Assembly (NCBI GenBank): GCA_021613535.1
Contig: CP075496.1
Coordinates: 5,642,001 to 5,706,000, forward strand
From: Adineta vaga
Taxonomy: Eukaryota; Animalia; Rotifera
Length of the DNA stretch: 64,000 bases
Reading direction: 5' to 3'
Part shown: in pieces, positions 51,601 through 64,000 of the stretch
How positions within the stretch are numbered: position 1 is the stretch's first letter
How the letters are laid out: each line of letters starts with the position of its first letter
The notes under the pieces: model-generated
Database searches by the model: none
The model's input: the letters and a program-made list of their open reading frames with translations, nothing else
Told to the model about the DNA's origin: nothing
Made by a program: the position numbers and the translations under genes

Positions 51601-54600
51601 GTTCGAAGTGGTGATCGTGTTGCAGCTGATATTCGAATTATTCATACATCGGCTCTTCTTGTTGATAATTCAATCATTACAAGAGATTCAGATCCTGTAC
51701 CTCGATCAGGCGATTATACAAATACAAATCCATTGGAAACGAATAATTTATTATTAAGTGGAACAAGTGTAAGTGATTTTGATTTAATACGTAGACAAAT
51801 ACTGAATTACAATATGCTTCTTTCTTGCTTTTAGGTAACTCATGGATCGGCAATTGGTATCGTTGTTAAAACAGCAGAACATACCCTTTTGGGTAAAATG
51901 TGCAATACAACTGAAAGTAATACAAGAGTAAAGAAAAGATCTTTTATGAAATATCATTCTAATATCTAGGTTTGGATCCAAAAAGAACTATATATGCACG
52001 TACTATTCGTACAATGTTTCTACTTCTTACGGTCGTTGGTTTGGCATTGGGCGTGATTTTTTTCATTATTCTATATGCAACTGGTTATTATTGGTTATAT
52101 GCAATTCAAATAATGATTTCAGTTTACATTGCTTGCATTCCAGAAATTCTTCCTGCTATAATTCATGTAATGAACAAAGAATATTGTTTTCAATAGGAAT
52201 AGAAATATAATACTGTGTTTGTTTTTCAGTTATGTTTAACACGTACAGCACAACATATGGCTACTCGAAATTGTCTTGTCAAAGTTATTGATGCTTTATA
52301 CGATTTAGCTTGTACGACAATATTATTTGTTGATAAATCTGTGTTAACAAGTAATAAAATGACTGCAAGTCAAATATGGATACCAGCGAATCAAGAACGT
52401 ATTCTCACAGCAGCACCATCTGAAGATCCAAATGGTAAGTATTTTTATAAAATTCTTTTGAAAGAAAACGAATCTTTTTCTCTTTTAATTATAGTCGTAG
52501 AAGAATGTATGCATATGCCCGGATGGCAATCATTAATTCGTACAGCAGTTCTCTGTAGTCGAGCAGAATATTTTACGGATCAACATCAATCAAGTCGGCA
52601 AATGCCATTAGGAGAATGGTTTGTTCAGAAATTATTTTTCTTGATTTTCTTTTTACAAAATTGGATATCTCAATTTTAGGGATGGTGATGCACGTGAAAT
52701 AGCGATTATACAATATGCTGAGTATGCCAATTTGGATATCGCACAGATTCGTCAACGATATCCTCGACGTGATGTTCATCATTTCACACCAGAAAATAAA
52801 CGAATTGTTCGTTATTTGACAAGATTTTGTTTTCAAAATTTGAATTTTTATTTGTATTTAAGGAATCATTTCATCTTAATAATGAAGCTAATATGGAAGG
52901 AATGCATCTGGATTGTATGATGGGTGCACCAGAACGTGTTTTTCATCGATGTTCAACAGTTATCATAGATGATGATGAAGTACCAACGGATGGTAATATT
53001 ATTTTAGAAAGAATGTTTAATGAAAGTTTAATACAAATGGGTTCGTTGGGTGATACTGTTCTTGGTAAAATAAATATATAAATTTACTTCGAATTCAATA
53101 TATATATATATATATCAATTGATATTTGAAAAGGTTTTGCTGAACGACAATATCATCGAGATGATGGTCCACAAGAAAATTGGCGTTTTCTTGGTCTTAT
53201 GTCATTTAGTGATCCAATTCAAGAAAATGCCGTTACAGCTATTGAAAAATGTCGATTAGCTGGAGTTAAAGTAAATCTTACGTTTGTCAATATAATAGAG
53301 AAAATCAAGATCTTTTTCTCTATTCTAGGTTATTTTGATTTCTGGTGATCATCCTGTTACAACATGTGCACTAGCAAGACGTCTGACGATTTTTTCACCC
53401 GAATCAGAAACGGTCGAAGATGTTGCTATTAGACTTGGTGTTCCAGTTGATCGTGTTGGACCACGGTATGATTAAAATGAATGAGAAAGAAATAACTATA
53501 GACAGATCGTATTCCAATTGTCACATAAATCAGTGCGATACCAAAATGATAAATTCGATGTTTAGAGATGGAGAAAGACTAATGAGCGAAAGTCATAAAA
53601 AAACTTTATGTTTCGTACTTATTTTGTTTCATTTCCTAGACAAGCAACAGCAGTTGTTATTCATGGTCGTGATTTACATAACATATCTCAAATTGATCTG
53701 GCTGATACAATAATCAATGCTCCTGAAGTTGCTTTTGCTCGTACAACACTTCGACAAAAACAAAAAATTGTTGAATGTGCTCAATTAGGTAAAGCTGTGG
53801 TCACATGTTTTTGTCAATCATCGGATGATCGTGGTGCTATACGAAAAGCTGATGTTAGTGTAGCAATGTTGAATGGTAGTAGTGAAGCATCACGACAAGA
53901 AACAGATCTTGTTTTACTTGATAATGATTTAAATACGCTTGTTGGTGCTATTGAAGAAGGTCGTTATCTTTGGGAAAATATAAAAAAATGTTTAGCTTAT
54001 TGTCTTGTTGTTAATGCAACACAACTTCTTCCATTTTTGATGTTTATTATATTTCAAATACCTTTAACACTTGGGCCAATTACATTATTACTTGTCGATT
54101 TAATTACACAATTATTGCCAACCATTTCTTTAGCTTACGAAAGACCAGAATCGGATATAATGACGCGAGGGCCTATCGATAAATTTCGCGATCGATTAAT
54201 TAATCGAAGGTAGAATTAATCTCTTGAATGAAGAGTAAGATTTATTTGTTTTTTATTTATAGACTTTTATTACTTTGTTGGGGTCAAATTGGTTTAATAG
54301 AACTCACAGCTGGATTTTTCACATGGGTTGTTGTTATGGCTGAAAATGGATTTTGGCCATCACGTTTAGTTGGTATTCGAAAAGCGTGGGATGCAGCAGC
54401 TATAAATGATTTAGAGGATTCTTATGGTCAAGAATGGGTACGAAAAAAAAGAAAAGAAAAATTTTTTGAGGAAATTATATTATATATCATTTAGACTTTT
54501 CGACAAAGAAAAATTCTTGAATATATGGGTTATGCAGCATTTTTAGCGGCTATTATTGTTGTACAAATGGCTAATTTACTCATATGTAAAACGCGTCGTT

Positions 54601-54961
54601 TATCTTTATTTCAACAAGGTTTACGAACGTATGTAATCGATTTAAAGTGGAATTTTACCTGATGTTCTTTTTCTGTTCTTTTTTAGAAATATGTTTGTGA
54701 ATATATGTTTAATATTAATGCCAGTTGTAGCTGTACTATTAATCTATATTCCAGGACTTAATCGTGCTATTTTTCTCGAACGATTACAGTAAGATTTCTT
54801 CTGTTTTACTGATATTTTTATAATTTCACGTTATTTTTAGACCTTTATGGTGGTTATGTCCTATTCCATTTGCCTTAATGATCTTTGGTTATGATGAAAT
54901 ACGTAAATTTTTCATTCGAAAATATCCCGAAGGTTGGGTATCAAAAGAGACGTATCATTGA
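48637..54961 (+). CDS. Na+/K+-ATPase alpha-like (P2C) protein with degenerate catalytic motifs; many short introns plus one 2.1-kb intron (49442-51525)
   Basis: [126 protein letters not shown]. The start (ATG micro-exon at 48637) is inferred. Confidence 0.92.
49882..51329 (+). CDS. Secreted trypsin-like serine protease with WxxW (Mucin2/CILP-type) domain and poly-Pro linker, nested in the ATPase-like gene intron; exons 49882-51095, 51161-51329
   Basis: Signal peptide [19 protein letters not shown]; WTPWFN...GEYE...CLN...[10 protein letters not shown]; activation site K|IINGVES; LTAAHC, ENDIAII, KDTCAGDSGGP (S1 Asp present), PGVYVR; AATAAA at 51399. Confidence 0.93.
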
Positions 54962-55458
54962 TTCGAAATGAATCTCAATTTGTTTTTGTTTTTTTCATAT
55001 ATTCTTTTTCACACGATTTTTTGTGCTCTGTCTGTCTCTCTCTTTCTTTATTGGCTAACTTCTTCATGTACACATTCCATTGTCATTTTCTTTTTCATTT
55101 CTCATGCAATGATTATGTATTCATTTATATCATAAAAATAAACTCTTTTTCACATTAGTAAATCTCCAATTATTTCATCACAGGATGTCATCGAAAGAAT
55201 CCTTTTTTCAAATTATATCCAAAGCTATCTTTTACTTTACACAATAAAATCAATGCTACTCGATGTTTATCATAGATGATATTCTGCTCGAGGATATTTA
55301 TTTCATTTCTGCGAGAATAATTCCTTTAGGAAATATATTAACCTATACAAAAGTCTGTCCTATGGAGACTTTGCGATCGCGAAAACATATATTACGATTT
55401 GTTTTTAGAATCTGAACATAACTTTTGAAATTTATCTATTCTGTCAGACTGAAAAATG

Positions 55459-56064
55459 TTCGGTGCATTTTTCTCACGATATTCTATAAAGAGAGAAAAT
55501 TCTCTCTCATTATAATACATTATACTGTAAACTCAAATGGTTGAAACATTTATTAATACTTTTTGTTGCAAATTCATTCCTTATATTTAATGAGAAGATT
55601 GTCGATAAGCTTTAAAACAATGTAAGTAATTAGAAAATGATAGTAGAAGTTAGTGAGAACTGTGTTTTACCGGTTTCTTTTAAACCAAAATCTACAATAA
55701 ACTTGTTCGTTAGTGTGAAAGTGAATTTATAATCAGTTACAGCGATCCATACGATAATCTGTGGCTTCAGTAAGAATCAAATTACTTCAGAAAAAGTGAT
55801 TTTTCGTATTAGATCGAGTATCATTTATTTTGATGGTTGTTTTTCTTCAGCAGTCGATACGATTCTTGTTCTGTTTTTAATCAATGTCAATAGAACTTGA
55901 GTAAACATTGAATTCCCGAGATATAAATCACAGAAAACAGAAAACATGAAAACAAACTTTAAAGATTAGTATTCTTCAGTATATATCATTAATTAATTTT
56001 TAAATCAGTTGATCCATCAATTTATTTTATATTCTTTTCATACTAATCCGAAAAATGCACCGAA
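55459..56064. repeat. 15-bp perfect inverted repeat pair, possible decayed transposon
   Basis: TTCGGTGCATTTTTC (55459-55473) vs GAAAAATGCACCGAA (56050-56064). Confidence 0.35.
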
Positions 56065-59000
56065 ATATTCTCTTAATCTATAATCATATTTCAAACTAAA
56101 GATAGACCTCTCATGAAGATATTATTTCTGTTGCTTGTCATTAAAAGAACACATAAATGTTTAAGTATGCATCTTAACCTGTAACAATCTAGTAAAGTAT
56201 CCAAAAAAAAATGAAATTCTTAGCACAAATATCGTAAACAGAGATGTCCTTAAGTTATCTTCATTCATATCTATCTTTTCTTAATAAAGATGACCTTGTT
56301 TATGTGCATATTATTATATTACACTATGATATACTGATGAAAACTGTACCTAGAATTAAATAGGTAGTCAATAATTGATGATGATATTGTTATTTTTGTT
56401 ATTAAAATCTATTGTCTTTGATTATTCTTGAGAAATAGTCATATGGCCTTGAGTAAGACAAGTGACAAAGAAAGCAAACGACGAACATGCGGGTAATTGG
56501 AATCTGTGTTTTTTCTCTTCCCTTCATTCTCGAGGTCCTTCCAAGCATGACACAATATATATATATATATAGAGAGAGAGAGATATAGTTATAGATATAT
56601 AGATATAGTGCTGTTCTTTGTCTTTATATATCTGTCAGATTCGACGAGTCTAAAAAAAACAGAACATAGAAGTGAACCCTCGATTTCGAGGCATCAATGA
56701 GAATGATTGTTGTTGTTTACAACCGAAGGTCATTTTTCTCTCATCATCTTTCCTTTTTCTTTTTCTTTTTTTGTGACGTGTCGCCGACAACAAACGAACG
56801 ATGAACACTTAAAATCATCGGGAATGATGACCAATTATAGACGTTTAGTTCTAATTCAAGGTTATTGTTACAATAAATCGAGATCATTTATTATTATAAA
56901 AGAAGAAAATCTTATTCAAACTTTTAGTTTGTTTCTTATTTATGATTGTAAAAACTTATATATCTATATATGCAGATAACAATATAAGAAAATAACTACA
57001 ATGATCAGTTCTATGTGAGAATAAACGAAATCGTTATGATACAAATATAGTGTCTTTATCCATTTCTTTTTTTTGTTTTTGTTCTATTCTTTTATGATTT
57101 AAAGGATACGAGCCGAGAAATGAGAGAAAAAAGGAACAAAACACAAGTAACAAGTAGAAAATACTTTATAAAATCCAGGGTTCTGTTTATATCGAGGATG
57201 AATTGTTACTTGTAAATGTGTCTCGTTGAGTAGCGCATTCGTGAGGCAAGATACAGAAGTGTATAAGAGAAAAGAATGAAAAAAAGAACTTGCATAAAAG
57301 GAAGAAGTAAGCAAAAGAACCAGCGATAGTGGGTAACAACGGCAAGTTAGTAAGAGAAAGAAAAAGACGAGTAAGCATCGATCTTGCATGTGTGTGCGCG
57401 TGTTCTTGCACAGTAGCAAGAAATAAAACACCGTCGTATTGTCAAAACATTCGAGACACTATTGGTTTAATACAAAAAAAGAAAGAAAAGGAGAATGAAG
57501 ATGTTCTCGTTGTTTATTCTGTCAACATTATTGATATGTTTCCTATAAATGGTTATTTTTCTATCTCTTTATTATTCATCAATCCGTGACTACTCATTAG
57601 GATTATTATCAAAGCAACGTGTATAGAAATTATTTTTGCTAGACAATATTATTTCGTGGTATGTTTGTTTTTTCTTTTCCTCTTTTGTACATTCGACTCA
57701 GCTTGAAATCTTATTATGATAATTATTAATCAATTTTTTTCCAAGGAAGAAAATCGACATGAAAATAAGAATATTCGCAGACGATGTATTAAGTTTCAAA
57801 ACATAAAAAACTTCTTCCCAATATTTATAGTCAAGATTAGAATCGATCATTAGTCGTTATTTTTTTCTTATCGAGGTTAGTAGAGATGCATTACTTTTTC
57901 CTTTTTTCATGGAAATTTTCATTGATTTTTTTCACAGTATAGCAACGAAAAATTATCCGTCTGGAAAGTAAAACAGTACACTTTATTTAGTTATTCATAT
58001 GTTTGTTTCATTCAAGTTTTGTTCATCTTAATTGAGAATTGAAAAAAAACACTTTATTGATATTAATGTTTGATTAGGATTATAAACCATAAGATACTTA
58101 CTTTAAAGTTTAAATTAAAGTGTAACGATGATATCTAATTCTTCTTATGTTGTAGTCATGCACTTTGTTTTGTTATGAAAACGTTTTGCATAAGATCTGC
58201 AGATATGATATTTTAAATTTAGTTTTGCAAGACAAGAAAAATTGACTAACATAAATGTAATATTAGAATTGTCTCTTCACTTTTCACATGAGCATGTCAC
58301 TCTTCCATTTCACTCATGAATTACGTCTTTTTCGTCGTTGAAAACTTTCATTGCAGTGATATTTTTGAATTCATAAGTTAATTTTCGAATTAAGCCTCAG
58401 GGATCATTTAGAATATCATGGAAGATTCTTTCGGTTCGTACTTATTCGCTTCAGTTGTTATATTAGACTGTAAGAAAAAGATGACTTGAGTTAATATTAT
58501 TATAATGTTATAGAATGATTTTATCATAAGATCGATGATTACAAACGATCATATACACATGTATGTATATATATGCACAAGAATTGGGAATTTAATCATA
58601 CCGTAGCAGAACCAATTTGAATTGTGACAAAGTCTTTTAGATTATTTGATTGATTTTAAATAGTATTCTATTAGATTTATCTTTTCTTTCTATTATTGAT
58701 ACTTGAAAAACTAGGTTTTCTATGGAACAGTAGTCATTGTGAATATATCTATCGGAGGATATTAGAAAGTTATCATGACCTAATATGTTTAGTACCTTAT
58801 AGAAATTTCATGATTAATATAGAAATTTTAATTAATTTAGCTTTGAACATATTATTTGAAAATAGAAGTTTTCTTCGTTTCTTCCTTCAGGATAATCAAT
58901 GGTAAAAGGTTCAACGAAATAACTACGAATCCACTTTTCTCTACCAACGGTATGTTCAATATTGATAAGTGTTCTTTGAGAGTACAGATACTCATTTTCT

Positions 59001-60313
59001 ATAATTTACAAGTGAAATAATTCATTGACTTATAATCTTAATAGATCTTCTATCCTTCCTTTAGGTGTTGTATTAATTTAACGCATAAAAGGATTATTTA
59101 GTTTAGCTTAAATAGGAAATAATAATCTGATATTCGATTAACGAATCGATGGTTAATTCATCTATTAAAAGTTATCTGAATTGTCAAACTGACATTGTCA
59201 CATTGAATTATTCATCTTTTCATCTCTCTCTCTCTCTCTCTCTCTCTCGTCCAACATAATAAAACATGGCAGTTGCTTAGATCGAAAATATCTTTAGTTA
59301 ATAAGAAACTCATAAACCAATACATACAGAATCGCAAGATTATTTATCATATTTAAATACATTAGTAAAGGGCAGCGAGTAGTCAATGTTTGATTTCTAA
59401 GTAAATAAGAATACGATCAAGATTCATTAGATAAAAGAGAAGAAGGTTCGTTGCTTGTCATATTTTTGATGGAGGAAATCGATGATATGGAAAATCAAAA
59501 TAATCAAGATTTTTTTTAAAAAGAATTTTCTCTTATTTTCATTCGACATTAAGTGTGTGCATGTTTCTTTGTGGATTGTACTTCAACTAGTGATGGTCAA
59601 AACTAAACGAAGAAGAAAAGAAGGAGTTTTTCAAGATTTCCCTTCTTCATTTATATTACTTGATGATTGTAGCGCGTGTGAAAGAACGATGTCGTTATAA
59701 TGCATTCATGTAAGGAAAACATTTCATGGCTATGACGACCAAAATGTGTGTAATCAAACGACATATAGATTGTTAAAACGTTAGTTTTTCTTATAGAAAG
59801 AAAAAGAAAAACGTATCTAAAATGCATGATAACATATCAATAAATGGAATGAATGATCGAAAGTAGGTTTTCTTTTTTGTTTTATACATATAAACATCTG
59901 ATTGATAGTCATTGATCATGATGATTATTAATCGATGCATTTAAGATAAATGATATCGAACGGTGTAGTAATAATAGAGCGAATGTTTATTACATCGATA
60001 AGATAATAAAAGAAAAAGAAAAACATGCCGAATTAGCTATATCTGGCTAGAAAAGGACTTCATTTCGATGTTATTTTCTTCTTATTTTCATGTTTATCAA
60101 CGCCTTAGTATCTAGTGGGTGGAAAATTCGACATGATGAGTAATCAATCGATTACTTGTCATTGATGATAGGAGATTGATTCATCAATCGCTGTTCTTCT
60201 TCTTCTTCTTTTATAAAAGTCTTTTTACTCTTCTTTTTTTTCTATCATTTCGACAATAGTTATCTTGATGTGAATAAGAATATTTGTTACATCTTTGTGT
60301 TTCTAGATCAAAC

Positions 60314-63300
60314 ATGAATCCAGCCAAACCATCAAAAGAAAAAGAATCTCCAGGAGCAAGTTCTTCCAGTCAAGTTACTTTTGTAAGAGAAACCGCCATC
60401 AAATTATTAATGAAGGTTGATCTGCTCTCGTTTCTAGGCTGGGATTAAATCTGCAACTAAGAAAGAACTACGTGGCGGTCGAATTCGAGCTGAAGTGGTA
60501 TGTAGATATATATGAACAGCAATATTCTCTAGATTTTCATATTGTTTTTGTTTGTCGCATATATTTTCTTTGAAAATGATGGAATGAGATTCAGTGAAGA
60601 AGTGAAATATCACGCATGAGAATATATTTTCAATATAATCTTCCTTTTCTCTCCTTTTGATCTCTTAGTAAAATGCAAATATACAAAAAAAGAATCTTCA
60701 TTATGCAGTCTCCTTTTCTTTTCTTCCGGCTTTTTGAATAAACACACTACATGCTTTGTGAAATCTCTGTTGATTAGATTCAAATATTTTCTGCATGAGG
60801 TGTCATGTGCGTGTTTTGAACTAGAGATATATTCGAGCACAACAAGAAAATAATAATAGTAATCATAATAATAATAATAAGAGAACCAGTCTATGACGCA
60901 CATATCGAAATAGATTCTATCTGTCATCGCTTCATCCTATATCCAAGCTAGAGAGAGAGAGAGAGAGAGAGAAGAAGAAATGCAAAGGCAAGAATAACAA
61001 CAGGGAAAGAACAACTTTTATCTTCTGCAGTTTTTTTCTCTGAACGATACGAACAACTGACTTTTTTTCTCTACACATCTCTTCTTTCTCGTTGTTTCCT
61101 TTGCCATTTGCTTTTACTTCAGTTGTCTGCTTTCTTATTCTTTCTAACCCTTCATCTATCTGTATTATCTATCTATCTGTCAGCAAAGTAGAAAGACACT
61201 AGAGAAGAAAAGGTTGTTGTTTATGTTACGAGCGTTGATCTATCGAGTAGTCATCAACGATTAAGTACGTTGCGAGGTCATTTGCTAAGAAGATATCTTC
61301 ATTATTTAATGAATTAATTTTTTCTATTATCGAAATAAAAACGAAAAGAAGGAAGAAACGATGTTACGAGATATTCATCCATTCAAATCATTAACATCTC
61401 GCATAGCTGCAAACGCTAAACAAACCGTAAGTTGATCTTTTATGTATATTTATCTAGAAGTTCGATCTTAAACAAAAGGTTAGAATTCAATGTGATGATG
61501 TCTTCAGATTTGTTGATAATTAATCCCAATTAAAATAAATAAATCATCTTCTTGTCTTTCTTAGGATATCAATCGAGAAATTCAAAATTGTCGTGATGAA
61601 CAAAGTGAAAGATTTGATTTAAGTAAAAGTAGTGTGACAATTCTACCAAATACAATCAAAGATGTATGTAAAACAATTTCGAAAGAGAATGATATCAAAA
61701 TTCATATTGATTTATTCTATAGTTAATTCATGTTCGAGAATTATATTTGTATAGTAATCGAATACAACAATTACCACCTGAAATAGGCAATCTAGTCAAT
61801 TTAAAAGTCTTAGCTTTAAGTGAAAATTCATTAACAACACTACCTGATACAATGGATCGTTTAGTACAATTGAAAGTCTTAGATTTACGACATAACAAAT
61901 TCAATGATGTAAGAATTTCTGTTGATTTTCTAAACGATCATCTATTCAAATCTTTCTTTTCAAGATTCCTGAAGTTATTTATCGTATAACAAGTTTAACA
62001 ACACTTTATTTACGTTTCAATCGAATAAAAGAAGTTTCGGATATGATCAAAAATTTGGTTGTAAGTAAACAAATTTTTTTGAAGATTAAATGTGAAATAT
62101 ATATCTTTTTTTAGAATTTACAAATGTTAAGTTTAAGAGAAAATCGTATTCGTTTATTACCAGTCACTGTTGGAAATCTTGTACAGTTATTAACATTGGA
62201 TGTTGCACATAATCATTTAGAACATTTACCAAATGAAATCGGTTTGAATTTTTTCTATCAAATTTCTAAATCAATATTTCTTGGTTGTTAGGAAATTGTG
62301 CTCAATTAACAACATTAGATTTAACACATAATGAACTTATGGATTTACCTGATTTAATTGGCAATCTAAAAAATCTTAGTCGATTATTAATTAGATATAA
62401 TCGTCTTTCGGCCATTCCATCTTCGTTAGCTAATTGTTCAAAACTTGATGAATTTAATATTGAAGGAAATAATGTTTCACAATTACCAGTTTGTTCAATT
62501 CATTTGAATTTCGTGCTAATGAATTGATTTAAATTCTTTCTAGGAAGGTTTATTATCAAGTTTAATTCATTTAAATACAATCTCCTTAGCACGAAATAAT
62601 TTCAATTCATTTCCGTTGGGTGGTCCAACGCAATTTACATCCGTTCATTCGATTAATATGGAATGTAACACAATTGATAAAATTCCATTTTCAATATTTT
62701 CTTTAGCAAAATATTTATCAAAATTAAATATGAGAGAAAACTCGCTGACATCTTTACCATTAGGTATGATGAATAGTTCTAATTAACTTGACTAGATAAT
62801 TTAAAAATAGAATGAAATAGATAGTCCTAATTATATGTGATTAAATATTCCAATGTAGCAGTGATAGATAGAAATGCTATGTTTGAGAATTAATTAATAT
62901 TTCCTAAAGGAAGTATCTGACATCAGGTTTTTTTTTCCTTCTTTTCTTAATTAAAATACTATCGAAAACAGAAAGATTATGTAAATACCAACTTAATATT
63001 ATTTTGTTTTCATTCACAGATCTTCGAGAATGAAAGTCAGGGGATTATAAATGTGATCGTTGGTCGTCTTTTTTTCTCAAAAGAAAACCTTGTCAACAAA
63101 ATTCCCGAGAGATAAACAGAAAAATTATCCTTCTGCTAGCTAATCATCTTGTGAACAGAAGATGTTAATTTGTAATATGTCAGAGAACATGCTGAGAACG
63201 GCAAGAAGAGAAGCATCGAAATTCTTTCGATTACAGATTGTGACATATAGAATTATCTTGGCTAATAAAGAAGGACAAGTGTCTAACGATATAAGATTTA

Positions 63301-64000
63301 ATAATTAGATATGAAAAAAAATGTTATTATCTTCCTTTTAGATATTGGCTCTTGGACAGCATTAGTAGAACTTAATCTTGCAACAAATCAATTAACTATT
63401 GTACCCGAAGATATTAAGAATTTACAAAATCTTGAAGTTTTAATTATGTCAAATAATCAATTAAAAGTAAGGATGACAATATCTTCATGAGTTAATTATC
63501 TTAAAAGCCTTTACATGTATCGAGGGATTAATTCGTTAGTGTTTATACGAAAGAAAAAATATTTGTCTATTTCTTTTTTTAGAGAATTCCTCCATCATTA
63601 GGTCAATTACGGAAATTACGACATTTGGATCTAGAAGAAAATAAACTCGATTCATTACCTCAGGAAATAGGTAAATGAGCTTTTTTTCTTTAGAAATTGT
63701 GAGAAATACTTGATCAAACTTTTCCTTAGGATATTTACGTGAGCTAACACGATTAATTGTTGCATCCAATCAATTAACACAATTACCACGTTCAATTGGG
63801 TAAAAATTTTCATTTCTCTATAAAAAGAAAATGAATAAGTGTTTTTTTTCTCTTCAAAGATCTTTAACTAATCTAACACATTTAAATGTGGGAGAAAATA
63901 GTTTAACTGCATTACCAGAAGATGTTGGTCAACTGGAAAAACTTGAGCAACTTTATATAAATGATAATCCTAATCTAGATGTTTTACCATATGAATTAGC
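60314..64000 (+). CDS. SHOC2: Leucine-rich repeat protein SHOC2/Sur-8 (runs off window end)
   Basis: RIRAEV|[121 protein letters not shown] - the SHOC2 LRR series. Confidence 0.95.

Noticed and set aside
51929-52060. Apparent premature stop in the ATPase-like gene if the donor after ...SNTR is used
   Set aside because: The donor at 51917 (phase 1) restores the frame and aligns better with Na/K-ATPase, so the gene is not called a pseudogene.
1134-61281. Recurring AGGTCA/TCAAGGTCA nuclear-receptor half-sites near several gene starts
   Set aside because: A rough expectation for a 6-mer at ~30% GC is on the order of the number seen; no enrichment can be claimed.
1-64000. CRISPR arrays, rRNA, tRNA or autonomous transposase/RT genes
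   Set aside because: None recognised by eye; small RNA genes could have been missed without covariance searches.

Overview
AT-rich eukaryotic (animal) genomic DNA with many ~50-65 nt GT-AG introns. The intron size, NHL/DED gene types, foreign-looking intronless genes and repeat style suggest a bdelloid rotifer (inference). The ORF track only gives exon fragments, so gene models were assembled by hand. In order: LSM14 (partial), SOAT/ACAT, a RING-less lin-41/TRIM71/wech gene, a secreted all-EGF protein and a solitary labial/Hox1 gene. Next is a ~16 kb accessory zone (19.5-35.3 kb) with a decaying bacterial-type ester cyclase, a DED-TM-NHL receptor-like gene, several MITE-like elements, an intronless foreign-looking ORF and an ALDH7A1 pseudogene. 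Then come a Neuralized-Roc-COR-Death-TIR-CaaX gene, an iodothyronine-deiodinase-like selenoprotein (in-frame TGA plus a canonical 3' SECIS, missed by the ORF track), a neuroligin/esterase-like gene, a catalytically degenerate Na/K-ATPase alpha-like gene with a complete same-strand protease gene inside one intron, and SHOC2 (partial). The most notable items are the recoded selenoprotein, the pseudo-pump with its nested gene, the two death-fold signalling architectures, and a miR-125-like site cluster in the lin-41 3' UTR. All homology calls come from remembered family motifs; no searches were run.
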